A stretch of DNA of 64,000 nucleotides from Marsupella aquatica. Lineage: Eukaryota; Plantae; Marchantiophyta. The notes under the pieces are model-generated. The model saw only the letters and a program-made list of their open reading frames with translations. It was not told where the DNA came from and ran no database searches. This document shows positions 37,291-51,799 of the stretch, piece by piece; within the stretch, counting starts at the first letter, position 1; the number at the start of each line of letters is the position of its first letter. The stretch spans positions 19,038,857-19,102,856 of the forward strand of contig OZ316893.1 in assembly GCA_973895155.1 (NCBI GenBank), read 5' to 3'. The position numbers and the translations under genes were made by a program.

Positions 37291-40200
37291 ATTTCGAATG
37301 TCACTGGGTTTGCGAAAAATACTGAAGTACACCCAGTTTAAGTAAACTGAAGCTCCCATAGGTCAATTTTTTTGACAAGATGTTTCAATAAACGGTTGAA
37401 GCTTGCAATGAATCAACGTGAAATGTTATTTTTCTGCTCAGCTAACACCCTTTCTTTGTGACTATGAATGCTCACGTTTTCGGTATCACAAAATAGTAAG
37501 TCTATGACAGTCCTTAGGTCCAATGTGGTGGTCCATCTGAGCATAGACTTATACCATAGATCCAAGCTAGAAATTAATATTTGACAGGCATGGCTAATGC
37601 CAATTTGTTCTCTTTTGGTATTTGACAGGGTATTTCTTTTGGTATTTGACAGGTCAAGTACCAAAAGTTCGGGCATCACCATTGCGACATTAATACTCCA
37701 AATGCCAGTCATAGATTGGGAGCTTACACAGATTATTTTGCTAAGATCATTGTGGACGAGGAAGTTCTCCCCCAACCTATGAGAGCGTTGCTCAGATCTT
37801 CTGATGAAGCTCTCCACAAGACATAGGGGATGCTTCATAAAACAAATGACATGTAGGATCCTTGAGTAAAGACCATGACTGTTCCTGATATCACCCGAGA
37901 GGAAATTCCTTGGATTTATTATAGAAGTATTTCCCCATCATTGCAAGGTGTGGCAGTCTATCAAATAAAACAAAGGAGAAAGTGAAAAATAAGTTTTTTA
38001 GTGATGGCTACATGATGCAAGATATTCTCAAATTAAATTTCTGCACTATTAAGGAATCGCAAGGTGTTGTTCTGACTTCTAATATGGAGTTGCCGACCCT
38101 TAGGAATAACGAGACATCCTAAACTGTCAAGACTTGTACAGAATGTTCACTCAGTGTGTGAAGGCCCTTGCTATAATTTTCATAGACAGGGGAACACTGA
38201 AATTTGTGCCAATTCCCTTTTCAAGAATACTTTTAGTTTTGGAGGGTCAAGACTCCCTTCCCAATTGCACAAATACGCAATTTAACTAGCATAACGAGAA
38301 TTGAAGTAAAAGGAGTAACAATTACTCCTGCACTTTTAGAAGATTTACAGTTTTCTGCTGAGCCATATGGCTTTGAGCCCGGCTTTAAGCTCCTTGGCTA
38401 TTGTGTGGGATTCTCTTGGCCATCCTGGGGTTTCCCCTTTTTTTCTCCTGTATATTAAGTCTCGTGCCTTAGAGATGTTATCTGCTGGTTTGGTACTTTT
38501 TTCTCTTTTGCCGTGTGATAGATATAGTAACAATTGTTATGATAATATAAAAAATTTCCATGCCCAACTGTAGAGTGGCCCAGTTGTGGTGATCTTTTTC
38601 TACGGTAACTTGCTCTACGTAGTTTCATCATGCGTGGCTCAGTTCATAGTGCAGGACGGATTGAGCTAACTTCTTCGCCCAAATACTTGTGCCGATGCCC
38701 TAATACCGAGAGCCACTCCAGTTTTATTCACAAGCATACTCCAAATATTAGCATTTATGTTTACCAGGTAAATCATCATCCGTGGCTTCACTCTACCCGA
38801 GAGGTCATGAAGAGTAGATTTCTATCACAAACGATAATATAGAGAGAGTCATACTGTAGCTGACTTCATCATACACCCTTTATCACCAACTATAATATTG
38901 AGAGATACCGATGACTTCATCATATACTCTGGAACGAACGGAACCGACGGGAGCTGCGCCAAGCCAGTGTTAGCTGCTGCTGGCACGCTGGCATGGGCCG
39001 GCTGCTGGACTGATATCTATACATAGGATAGGACCCAAGTAATGCGGGTAGCTACATAGAATCTGTTTCGTCGCGTCTTGTCTGTTGTCTAGAGAGTACA
39101 GAATGATAGAATAGCTCAGAATCATCTTCCGTTTTCCTCCACGACAAGTATGCATGAAGCAGTGCAATGCTCTCTGAAAAATACAGATTGATGTAGCTTT
39201 CTACTGGTATGGGTGTCGTAGAAACTTAAACGATCATCCCGTAGACGTCAGGTTGGACGGAAGCAGGAACATGTGGGGCCACGTGATCGAGTCATTTTGG
39301 GGAGGCAACCGGTGCGGAATGGCTGGACGACGAACTCTCTTTCCGAGCTGTGTACCAGGGCTATGAAGATACCTACTGTAGTTCATTCGTTCGACCCGTC
39401 CCGTTCCCGCCCTACTCGCTATAGCCTTCCCTACCTCGACTCTCAGCAGCTTTCACTCTCCGTTGCTCATAGATTCGTGGGATGTTTTCGAAGTAAAAAT
39501 TGTACGAGGTTTCTACGAGTCAGACGACCGACCCGACAGCTCCTTGTCAGAGTTTGCCCCGCGGTGAGATCCAGAATGGATGCAGGCCATGCTTGCTTGC
39601 TGCAGGGTTATGGCATGGCATAGTAGAATGGGATCGATGGCAGTGCACGGCAGGGCGAAGAAAGAGGAGCTACGACAGAAGGCATTCAATGATCCAGGCT
39701 CTTCTTGACCTGCCTGAGTCCAACTTTCCTCATTTGCTTGCGATTTCCTCTCCGACGCTCCGCTCGACTCTGGGCTGCGTGCCGGTAGATTCCCTATAGT
39801 ACTGGTGATAGTTCGAGTGAAATCCCGCAAAAAGATGCGTGTCGTTCTTCGAGAAACTTTCAAGGTATTTCGTAATTGAATAAGATCGGGAGTGTTTAGT
39901 GAGAGGAAACAATCAAGGTACTCACTGTCCAGTTGTCCCACTCGCGCCTTGTTGTTTGCGTCCCAACTTGGTTATCAGGGACCCGCATCTAGGCTCTAAC
40001 TACCTGCAGCTGTCTCCGTTCGTCTCGGTTCCTTCTATTTCTTTATTGCTGCACCCAGATTATGTACAAATGACAATTCAAGTCTAGTAAGTTCATGATG
40101 AGTCGACCTAGTTGATGATAAATTCACGATACCGTAATCTACATCATCGGTATGTTCGCAGGCCAACGGTTCTATTTGCTACATCCAGTGATCCAGATTA

Positions 40201-42479
40201 AAGGCAGAATTGTCTAATTATAATCAACTCTACCCTCTGTCGCAGTTCTGCAGCCTCGGTCTTCCTTGCTTTCCGCCGAGAAAGTGGGTAACTGTGTACC
40301 CTGTCAGGCATAACTTTCGCGCAGCTGAGATGGGCATCACACCTCATCAGTTCCTTTTTCGAATGGCATGATGAAGTCTGAAAGATTGAATGAAGCCTTC
40401 TTATTGTGTAGTAAGGTCCACCACAACGTCTTGGCAATTGGCGCTCGCCAACTATCCTGTTCTTTCAGTGCTGCATGATCGTGCTCCTTCCCGCAGTACA
40501 CGGTTCGGTCCAAGAGTGATTGAAATTCAGTTAGGAATCATCATAGCATGCGACTCCTTCAGCACACGGACTTACTGTACAATTTATGCTCTTTCAGCTC
40601 TATTCGAGCCTCCAGCGATAATTTAGTATGGCGAATCCTTTGCACCTTATCATGCTTCGCCAATACATCCTGGATGTCATGGATCTATAGACGTAAGGGA
40701 AAGTATCCTGGTTTTCTAGGCTTTAACTGGAGTCAAGAGACTCGTCTTCACCGAGGACGAAAATTCTTGACACTGAACTCTTAACTGATGAAGAAAATAA
40801 GCATAGGAGAACGTGAGGCCTCAGAACTCAGAGTCTCATCCTACGTCTTCAACCTGCTCATGCAAATGCTGTGTTCCTCACAGAATTGTCGACTCTTGCT
40901 ATTCTCATCAGTACTCACGTCTTTCGCAAAGATGACTATAGCTGGCCAACATGCAACCGTCACACTTTCCAAGACTCGAACACATCACCTAGAGATTGGT
41001 CTACAACTGTGAACAACGGTTAGTTACCGATATCCATGAACTGGGCGAAGTAACATATCCTCAGTGGTAGTGAGTCGCAATAGAACTTGTGAATGAAGGC
41101 AGGCAAACACAGTAATGAAGGGCATGAACGCATACTTGCAATTATTTGTAGCCTTCAAAATTTAGCTCAGTTACATGAAGAGACGGCACTTAAAAATATT
41201 TTTGGCCTTGAAAATCCAGCTCAATTGCACGACGAGACACGGCATACTTGCAATTCTCCTAACTTTACAAATCTACCGTGAGTGTGAGTCCGCGTGAGTG
41301 TACCGTTCGTTATAGAATGCGTCATAAGCACAGGCTGGTGGGGCGAGGCTTCGATTCGATTCGTGTATATTCCGATGTACGATATGTTACACTTAAATAG
41401 CAAGGAGATCATGGCTTCAACATTTCTGTATTCGATGGTCTGAAGACCTGATCGACATTACTACATACACCGAATCTTTCGTAAAAGCTGTTTTCTGACA
41501 ATGGGCGCATGGTTCCTTACTGTTTATCACCTTCAATCTGGGAAAATATTCCTTGACGGAATTGTCGACAAGGATTGTCTTCTTCAAAATTTCTACGCGC
41601 CAAAGTGATGAAATCACCTACACGATATGCTACTGACTATTTAAAATAAAAATCTGATAGCGGAAAAATGTGCTGCGAGAGTAATTCCTCCTCGCACTAC
41701 AAAAAAACTTGTAACAGTCGATTGCACCGATCAACTCTAATCGTGACTTTGCTTGACGCTCGAAAACAAAACTTTCTGAGCGACAATGAGACAGCATTCA
41801 AAATTAAGAAATCGCTATAGCGGCGAAAAGTAAGGACGCTTTACTTCGTGGGATCGGCCGATAATCTCTACCACGCGTAAGTTACACTTCTACAGCAATT
41901 TCACAGCTTTGAAGGCACCACAAGTCACATCAGAGATGCTGTCATGAAAAATACACATTCCAGATACTGATAAACTCATCGAACAGAAAATAATCGCGAC
42001 TACTTGGACAAGCTTGTTTTCACTTCTTCATTAACAAAAATGAGGTATACCCGACTGTTACATCATTTGAAGAACCAGCTAGAGACCCTCCAAAGTGAAG
42101 AACAAAACCCGCACTTCACGTTCTGTTTTGCCTACATGACGTGCTTGCAGAGCAGCTTCTAAGTACCCAGTTCATTCCTTCACGGTACTTGATTCGTCAT
42201 TCATATGGCGACAGTGTCTTCCATAGACATAAAGAGTCGTTCAGTAAGTATACGAACGAGACGCAGCCGTGGCAGCATGCGCAACCGAAGGACTAACTGC
42301 AAACCCGTCTCAAGTGACGCTACTGACTATTTGACTATCGAAATTTGCGTAGAAAACACACCATGTCGCCGACACTAATCCCGTCAAGGCACAGTACGAA
42401 AGTGGCTACGGTCGATCGCCTCCCACCCTCGCCAAGCCAGGAATGTGGTCGTTGCCGTAAAGTCACGTCACACATGGAG

Positions 42480-45400
42480 TCAACCTGGGCCACCATGCCG
42501 CGTAGGGGAGCCAAGAGGTGTGGTATTGTTGGAAGCTCGATGTTCCTGAGTGAACGATGAGAGCATTGCAAGAGACGGCAAGGTCAAGCGAGGGCCGTAT
42601 CGTTGGTTGTTTTGCATGGCTTGTTGCACGCTAGAGGCCTGACCAAAGAGCACGTTATTCATGTGATTCATGTGACCCCTCACGGCGTACTCTCTCGCCT
42701 CGAGAGTGTCGGCGCTGAAGTAACCAGACGGCTCATCCTTTACCTGCCCAGAATCTCTGTCCCTCACACCTAGATGATCCGATATTGGCCCACAGGGCAG
42801 GAATCCACTCGACATCCCACCTCCCATGAACGGATTGTTGTTAAGCCGCACACTGGGTGCACCCTCGCTCGACGCGGGAGAGGCAAACGGTGAAGAATTG
42901 GTGAATCCTGAATTGTTATGCATGAGCGTCGTCATCGACGAACTGTTTGAATGCTGTCCTCGACGTGGAGATGCAGTGGTGGAGCAATTGCCCTCTCGCA
43001 GCTCGTTTCCATCTGAAGGAAGGAGACCTGCAAGAGTGCAATTGAAACTCGCAGGCATGCTGTTGGCACTGGGAAGCATTGGCATTCGAGGGGATGTCAG
43101 GCTATGTTGATGTTGGTGGTGTTGCGGTTGCTGATGTCGAAGCGAATGCTGTATTCCGTGACTGCTACTAGGCTGCTGCAGAGAACCCTGCAAGAAGAGC
43201 CGATCCCACTAACACGATGTCATACTATGCCCACTGCCTGGTACACAATTAGCTACGAGCAAAACATTTGACGATTAAAATTCCCAGGACAATTGCACAT
43301 AGATCGCAAAAGGTGGGTACTTTACTGACGGCCAACGACAAAATGTAACACGGCTGTACACAGACAACTCCCATCGCCCTGGCACGCCAGTACTTTTAAC
43401 TCTTTCCTTGCCGTCATCTCCATCGATTGGAAACCCGACAAGGAGAGCTGAAATAACTCTAATACGCGGATGCCCATACACTCGGCAGTAAGGGAATTAT
43501 TTGGTTTGAAGATAAAACACGACTAGGTTGAGGCCATAAATCCATGTGATGAATGCGTAACCGTAGACTTGAGCTAGAATCCACGAGATAAAAGACATAG
43601 AGGACCTCCGCTCAAAATTCCTAATTCGAAGGTTTTGAGGGGGCAGTAGCGACGGTATGTGACACCACCCTTAAATTCGAATTCTGAACTCAGACCCTAA
43701 ATTGCATGTCCGAGTCGTATTATACTTGAGGAGTTAGAACCTAAAGCTCAAGGTCGAAGTCTAGGCAGAAACGTTTGTACGTCGGAGAATGTCGAGTCAG
43801 TGCTGCTCGGTGCGCCGAAGGACAACTCCTAAATCGCTGATACGTAGCACATTACGTCGAGCCACGTCATCCAGATCAAGACCAACCCAGCTGTATGGTA
43901 CGGGATATCTCACGGACAACTCTCACCACAGACACGTAAGGAGCTAGACAAGAGAGACCCTAATCAGTTCGTAAGCTTTGGCGGCGAGAGTTCTTCATTG
44001 ATCTTGTACCCTAGCACTGAAGTTGCCAAACCTGATTCCAATATCCAACTTCGACGTCGTTAGACTGAAGATTGTTGCTACAACTAAGATTTTACATACA
44101 AGCACACTTAGAGCACGTCCCTAGGTCGAGGAATAGCATGTCAAGACCTCCAAGTCGAGATGCGAGTAGAAGACTATCTACCCGTGATTATCATTAAAGC
44201 CAATCTCGGCGATCCGAAGCTCCAATCAACGATCGGACATATGACTAAGCGGCTCTCGGTATCAAGCTTGTCGCCTGAGACAGCCGACAAGCAATGTCGG
44301 CTCCTGACAGGTGGCATAAACTTTTAGTTTGAAGCATCCCGCAATGATCATCCGAGATTCCAAGGCTGGCAACCATACTCCAAAGCTGCTGGACAAACGG
44401 TCAGATTTGAATGTCTTCTGTGCATTACGACTAAGCGTCAGGCAACCTCACGAAATTTGGATTCCTGAAGTGGCTACTCACAGGCCCTTGACACGGGAGC
44501 GGGGATTGTAACTTCAAAATGAAAGATATCCATCCCCAATGGTTATCAATCGAACGAGACCTTGAAATCCAAGATTAGAAAGACCTTACATTTTCTTTCC
44601 TTTCCAGAAAAACGTTAGGGCTTCAAAGAGAGCCGTCAGGTTAAGCAAGAGCAGTCCCAACATATAGAGCGGGAGACCACTTTCAAGTAAGCTGCCGGCC
44701 TGCATCAAAATCTTTCAGCTGAGATCAGCTCGAGCTACGGGAAAGTGTTTCTCTTTGGAACTAGAATGCAGGAGAACCGTGAAGAAAGAAATGTGTCACA
44801 GGTTAGCGAGTGCGTACCATTCCTGTCCTATCAAGTTCCAGATTGCCAAAAATATGAAGGAGTACTAGGGACCGATCGAAACGATGACGAATCAGCCACA
44901 CGTACAAAAGGCTTCCGAGAACGCGTGAGCTGCATTCTGATAATCTCTCTGGACAAATAAGGGAGCTCTGAACTGACCTACTGAAGAATATCAAGAAACC
45001 TCACCCCGCAATGAGTACGACCCTAAAGAACGGTGAGAGAATAGATGAAGGAGCCCATCCCTGGGAAGGCATGAGAAGCGTTTTCTTTCCCAACCCTTAA
45101 TTCACGTTCCGGCGAGATAATTTTGAGCAAGGAAATGTGACAAATAATCCCCTTCATCATGCCGCCACGGACCAACGACAAGGGACGAACTCTCCGACGG
45201 AGGTACTATTGTCCACGAGCACTGTGAGGAAATTCAACCTTACGGATCATTCACAATGGACAAAGTAATTTTACGGTGTCACTGATCGACCGTGAGGATT
45301 GGGGCGCGGTGAACACATTGCGAAGAATTTTTTATGGTACATGAATGGCAGAGTTGGAAACCTACTCCCCACCCATGTACAAGCAGATAGAGGCGCGTCA

Positions 45401-45717
45401 TTAGACCATGGCGCCAAATCTAAGTGTGATACCTGAGTATTGCGATAAGTGTTGCCGTCGGCTTCCACAGTCCAGCCCGCCTCTTGAGCCAAAGCCTTCA
45501 GCACGTCATTGATGTCAGCTCTAGGGGGCAAGTTGTAACCTCCATGCTTCCTCAAACCAGCGAAAATCTTAGTGGTTATAGCTCGCCTTTGCCGTTCCCG
45601 GAGTTTAGTCTTCTCTTTCTCGCTGGCACTCAGCTTCGCCATTTCCCTCTCCTTCGAATTCTTTCCTCCTTCAGCTTCACTTCCTCCTGATCCTGAGGCC
45701 CCCGATCCTTCCTGCAT
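42480..45717 (-). CDS. BZR: BZR/BES1-family transcription factor, type-B (BAM7/8-like DNA-binding domain, no amylase), ~330 aa
   Basis: Exon 1 45717-45433 ([60 protein letters not shown]), GT-AG intron 45432-43188, exon 2 43187-42480 in frame (Q/H-, S/P-rich). A further exon from a weak donor near the stop cannot be excluded. Confidence 0.9.
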
Positions 45718-46786
45718 GAGTCACACCGTTTCTTCCCCCCCTTCCGAAACCCCCTACTCCCCACGGAGCCGACAAACGTACTCCTGAACCTGCCGCAGGA
45801 ACTCAGTCAGCTCGCTGACGCCGCGCTTTCCAACCTCCATCATCAGTCTTCAAACCACTTTCGCTAACCCTCCCGCTCCTCCCTCCCTCGGACCTCTCCA
45901 GATTATCAATCTATCCGTCAAACTACTTTCAGGTCCTCCATCCCAGCTGAACCAACCATGTGCTGTCCTTCGAACTAAGTACAATCACAGGTGATGCGGG
46001 CAGGCTCCCTTCCTTTCGGTTGCGCACCAAGGTCGGCTCAGGTGCTTTCGATGTACCACTGTCAAATGGATGGCACATTCGAGGTATTACCTCCCAATGT
46101 ACAGAGAGCAAGGTGCACTGCTCTACAAGCTTCGGACTGGTGGGCTTACAGTTCGCTCCTGCCGCTTGCACCACTTGATGTTCTGCGTAGCGACAACGAG
46201 CGAGAGGTGACGCCGGAGAATAGAAATTCCCGAGTGAACGATCCTACGAGAGCGGAGGACGCAGGACTGACGACAGTCTTGCCAACTTGTTATACACTTC
46301 TTGCTTGCTTAAGCGAAGCGCTCACGCAGCCGGTGAGGTGCAGATGGAGAAGCTTGGTCTCCTCTTGACAGCGGAGCTTTATAATAGAATCGCGGCGGTA
46401 CTGGATCGATGTGGAGTTGAGTGGAGTGGATTGGAATGGAATTCCAGTGGAGTGCGTATGACGAGGACCCTGCTAGCTAGTAGTAGTAGCATGGACAAGC
46501 ACTCATCACTGGCGCAAAAGAGCACGGCTAGCCAAGGCTGCACTGCGACGAGGCAGGATCAAAGCCAAGCCCTCACGGACAGAATGCGAGAAATATTGAA
46601 TATTAAACTAAATTAAAAAAAACTGGCAGGTCCGTTTCTTGCGATTGGTCTCGTCCGCTGCTATTCCTCATTCAACTAGCTTCCTACTCCTCCGACTACA
46701 GTGTACTTAGACCCCCACTTCACTAGCTGCCGAGCGAGCTAGAGCGGTTCTACGTACTGCCCGTATCGTCCTGGAGCTCCCCTTTC

Positions 46787-46814
46787 TTCCTTCCTTCCTT
46801 CCTTCCTTCCTTCC
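46787..46814. repeat. (TTCC)7 microsatellite in the BZR promoter/5' leader region
   Basis: Seven perfect TTCC units ~1.1 kb upstream of the BZR ATG. Confidence 0.9.
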
Positions 46815-49800
46815 TCGATTCTCGTTGCGCTACAGTGCCTACCTCGGCCACGCTAGCTTCGCCCGCGGCGGGATATGAGGGGGTGCCTACAGTTGAACAA
46901 TTTGGTAAGCGCCTCGTCCCCATGAGCCACCTCCCATGGAACGAAACAGTGACTCAATCAATTCCGAAGAAGGAGAACAGCATCCGTGCGCCGTATCTAC
47001 TGCTGATTTAGTTTCTCACTCTCGCTTAAGACTTGAAACCACATCGAAGGTCTTGCCCAGAGTGTATTTGAATTTGCTACGTTTTTCTGGATCACTTTGA
47101 CGTTTTTTGGGTTGGTTTGGCGTTTGGGTCCGTTTGCATTGTTATATACAGGTGTTATGTTATATACAGTTAACAACCACTTTGACGCCGGAAAAACTTT
47201 GTTTGCTAATTGTTTTACTGTAGCTCAGGAGTTTTGGGGGTTGAGCTATGTGTGTGTTGTTGCTATTACACTGTGAGCTATAAGTAATCTTACTAATACA
47301 TCACGGACATAAGCTACTTTCAAGGGCTAGGGTCTACAAGGAAACCTGTAGATTAGTCCAAATATAAACAAAACTGAACCCAAAAATAAGGACAAAGTGA
47401 GGGTGAACACAAAATCAAGTATCTGGAAGATATATAAGAGATAGCATAGAATTAAGTTTTTGACACTATTTTTTTATGATTTCAATTTCTAGTTAAGTTC
47501 AAAGAATGGGTAATCAGGCTAGTAGTCATGGTTACACAACTATAGCTGTAGGTGCTGTTGACTATTATATGTGTTGTTGCTATACTTATAGCTCACAAGT
47601 AATAGTCATTGTAAGTTCTCTTGTTTCTAGTTAATTATAATGTGGCTATACTTGGCAGTTAGCTACGGATTGATGATGATGCCCTATGCTTGTGTTAGGC
47701 AATGTGTCTTCAGATTGAAAACCCAAAATTGCTTCACTAATGAAATCTGTAATTTAGGAAGAGCCTTACTGTACTGGTGGGATGGAGCGTCCCCCTTACT
47801 CTAGAGCAACATATTGTTGTTTTCTTGCCCACAGCCATGGAGGTGAATGCCACTAGTGTTACAGATAGACCCTTGTCAACATTACAAACTTCGTGCAAAA
47901 GGGCTGGGCGACTATTTCATGAACATTAATGACTGCCTTAGCTTAATGTTAGGAGTTTATGTTCGGATGAAGACTCCCATGAACCAAACCTTTTTGACAC
48001 CCAAAGATTGAGAGTTTGTCTAAAGGAAATCCATTATTTGAATAGGATATAAATAGAGTAGTCGATGTACGTTGCAGCCGTCCATTTTAGCATCTTGTGA
48101 AGTTGTGATGTGATGTGATGTTATGGTCCATGGGAGCTTCAACTTCCTCTAATGCATACTCGGTTATCATGAGCTCTGTTTGATCTCAACTGTTCCATTA
48201 GGACAACCTCTTCCATCATGGAAGATTGCTGTACAGTTGAGGGATATCATATTTTAAGGCCATAGATTTTTTGAATTGTTATTTAAAGCTAAACCCAAGC
48301 TCCATAAATATAGTGTGTGATTTTCTTTCAGATTATTCTTGCAATAGGAAACATGTGGATCATATCTGACCAAAACTTGCACATAAATTACTTTTTATCC
48401 AAGAGGGGAGCTAGAGTTTATCTTCACAAAAACATTGTTGTGTTAGACCTGATCATAAACTCATGGCTTTGTAAGTACTGGTGCTTGTCTTGAAAGAAAA
48501 TAACTACATCAATGTGGTTGCCAAAAAAGGTTCGTGCAAATCTTTGGGTTTGTCCCTTTGTCATGTCATGCCACTTTTTGCCCAGCCATGTATGGTTAAA
48601 CAAGTTCATGGACTAGTTCAAAGATGCACGAAAGAGACACCAAATGAAGCGATAGGTTTATTGTATCATTACTTTCTTTATTTCCCTGTAACAGGAGTTA
48701 TTAGCACCGTTTCACTCTCCACCCAAAACTCTTGGGGGAATAGCATTTTTAAGTCCTTCATGGAACTATTCAATCATGCATTTTCAGAAGTATTTGTATG
48801 ATGGGACGCCAAAATAATAAGTGTTACATGGTAGGACCCTAGGTCTTGGGTCAATTGAGCCAAGATCTTCAAAGTCAATCAATGGTCTGGATCACTCAGG
48901 AGTAACACTTTTAATTGTGGGGTCCCATCAAGAAAATACCTCTGCATTTTCATCAGGATGTGTGAGTTTAGAGTAAAGAAACTCAATTCTAATACACAGC
49001 ATTTTAAATCTCAGCCAAACACAGAGGTCTAGATGAAGATCACATTCCAACCTTACTGGCCCCTTCTTTTAACAAGGGAAAACTGTCTCAAACAAAACAA
49101 TCCACTTGAGCTGATGCGTCATTTGAAACAGTTTCCGTTGATACGCTGATACTCGGATGTTAATTCGAGAATTTAAGTTTCTTCGATAGGTTAGAAACAA
49201 CGACGATCTGGCGGCTATTAAAAAGGTCTGCTACATTTGGTGGGCAGTTGCCATTCCCTTCAATAGTAGAGAGAGGAAGAACAGCGGGATGTCCAGAGAA
49301 GACTGCGATTTCTACGATCTTAGACGGCCGGCAGGCCACATTAGTAGGCGCTATTACTGTCCGTGTTGATGATAATGGCGGCCACTAAGTAAAACAATTT
49401 CGGCAGCATGTAACGTTCATTCGTTGGTTTGATTTCATACAGGAGACCATTCGACCATAACCCACCAAATGGAGGCCGTCGCTTTTCCGGGCTCCGGCAG
49501 CACATTACTGTTCCTCAACTGATCTAGCTAAAAATAGGGACAACTTAAGTACCGTCTCAACTTAATAGACTGCCTAACTTGGGGGCGGTCAGCCAATTTA
49601 GTACAGCCCAACACTCGGCGACTGCGGCTAAGAGAGTGAGTGCAGCAGTCAGGGCCTCTATAAAGTACCGAGAGAGGACAGACAACCTTGCTGGATTAAT
49701 TCTTACTGATTTCCCGTTGATATCGTATTAATTGGCGCAAATAAGTGGTCCTTCGAACCTTGTCGTTTCGAGATGGAATGTGGGGGGCTACCTTTTCATT

Positions 49801-49865
49801 TTCTCGAACATCAATTGCTTTTTGTTTTGATTAAAGTGAAATGAAAATGACTTGGTGGGACTAAT

Positions 49866-50233
49866 TTAAAGTCCTCATGGACACACACCTTTGTTGGGAC
49901 CCGGATGGACACAACCATGTGACACTGTAAGAAACTCCAATTACACCTAACAAATGGATTACCGTTTTTCATTAACGCAAGGAAACCCTACTTTAGACTT
50001 TATGGTTGAGTTAGATGGTCACTGATCCTTCCAGGGAGGAAAAAGTGGACGGACTACTGGAAGCATTAACCAAAAACTGTCTGGTCCCTGTCACATACCT
50101 CCTTACAGGTCAGTTTGGGAGTACAATCAAAAAGTGTGTCACATGAGCAAAAAATGAAGCTAGGGGTTGTGTCTATCTTGGTTGTGTGTGTCCAACCGGG
50201 CTTTCTTCCAAACGTGTGTCCATAAGGCTTTAA
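49866..50233. mobile_element. Degenerate MITE-like element with ~50-bp inverted ends
   Basis: TTAAAGTCCTCATGGACACAC...CCCGGATGGACACAACCA versus TGGTTGTGTGTGTCCAACCGGG...GTGTGTCCATAAGGCTTTAA. Confidence 0.55.
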
Positions 50234-51799
50234 GTTCTGGTGGGACCCTACTTCCATCTTTTTCTTAATTAAAATATAGTTTCCAACACCAACAAAAAAA
50301 AGGCTGGACCCCTGCAGCGTGGTAGGGTCCCATACCCAAAGTATTCTTGCAAAAGTTATTCCATATGTTCGTCCAAGACATTCAAAGCATGATACAAGGA
50401 AAGGCACAGGGTGCAACAATATGCCTTCGAATCTACAACACAAAGTCCAAAGTGCAACTACAGTTGGCTCCAAATAGCAGCCCGAGGATGCACATTACAG
50501 TGAAGCTTAACAAAAACCACGGACATTAGATAATGCGCACTCTCTCATGCATAAGAACTAATTGAGGAATAGACAAATAGAGCACCTAGAGTAGATTTAG
50601 TGTCTGGTTGTTTGCTTGGAGCTAGTAGAGAGTTGAGAAATTTCTGAGGTATGTTGGAAATAGGTGTGTTTGCTTCCACACCATTTGGGTTCGCTTCGCC
50701 AACGAAGCGCTTTAGCATTAGTGTTTTGCATTCTTTACAGATTGTTGTCTTCACAAATAACAGGCAATGCCTTACCTTTGCCAAAAGAAGCCTGAAGCCC
50801 GAGCCAAAAGTGCTCAATCCAGACCAAACGCATTTACCACATACTAGTGGTTTTCTTGCTAGATATGGAGCTACATGATACTGATCAACTCGCTCAGGAT
50901 GTGCCAAAGAACCCTGTGATAGCAGCCACATCGACTTCCCTGTTACATGAGGCAACTGCCGCCCCCTACGTGCCCCAAGATAGAAACAAACACATTGCCC
51001 AAGGTATTAGCAAAAGCTAAATAATTTTTATGATCCAAGTTTTGAGCCTGAGACCTATCAAGTGGGAAGAAAGGATCAACTAGCATGCTATGTGCTCATT
51101 GATATCCAAGCTCGAGAGACAAAATAAGACTTTTGAAAATAAACCGAGGAGAGGAATCTGCAACCTAGTGATTCACTACAGTAACTCTTGGAGGAAATCC
51201 AAATGCCGACAGCAGAGGATAGCACCATTGGAGCTACTAATGATTTGCAAAACAGAGTTGTGCAGACTTACAAGAAGGGCTTTCTAGTTATAAAATAAGA
51301 GGATAGTCGCACAACCAGATATAACTTAAATCCCAGGCATCTTGGTCTCCACAATTCCTCCGACACTACAGGGAAACCCAATGTTATATGGAGCTTGAAA
51401 ATGTTTGTATGACACTTGGCCCAACCCACCAATTCTCCACCACACCCACTGGAAGAGGCTCGCTTGAAGTTGAGACCCCATCTCTCAGATTTTAATTACC
51501 GTACAAAGTTTGGTTTCCAGCACTACGAGAAACGTTTTCAATACATACACAACGCCAGAAAAACCAACAAAAAAAAACATATGGAAGACATAGGTGAAAG
51601 TTACGTTACTGGCCATTCTCAACTTTAAAGTTTGGGATCATGCGTCACTCTCGAATCCCCAAGGAACGGAGATGCAAACGCACTCCCAACAACCCATCCC
51701 TAAAGTGGAATGTCAAGAGTCATATACAGTACTAGACGTGGTGCACACATCCAAAGCCAAGCATCAATAACAATTAAGAATCTGCATCTCCAAGTCCAT

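Noticed and set aside
40095-40200. Box C (ATGATGA) snoRNA candidates here and at ~34587
   Set aside because: No suitably placed CTGA box D with a terminal stem, and no recognisable rRNA antisense element.
42826-43110. Plus-strand ORFs opposite the BZR exons (also 45484-45787)
   Set aside because: Antisense shadows of the real coding exons.
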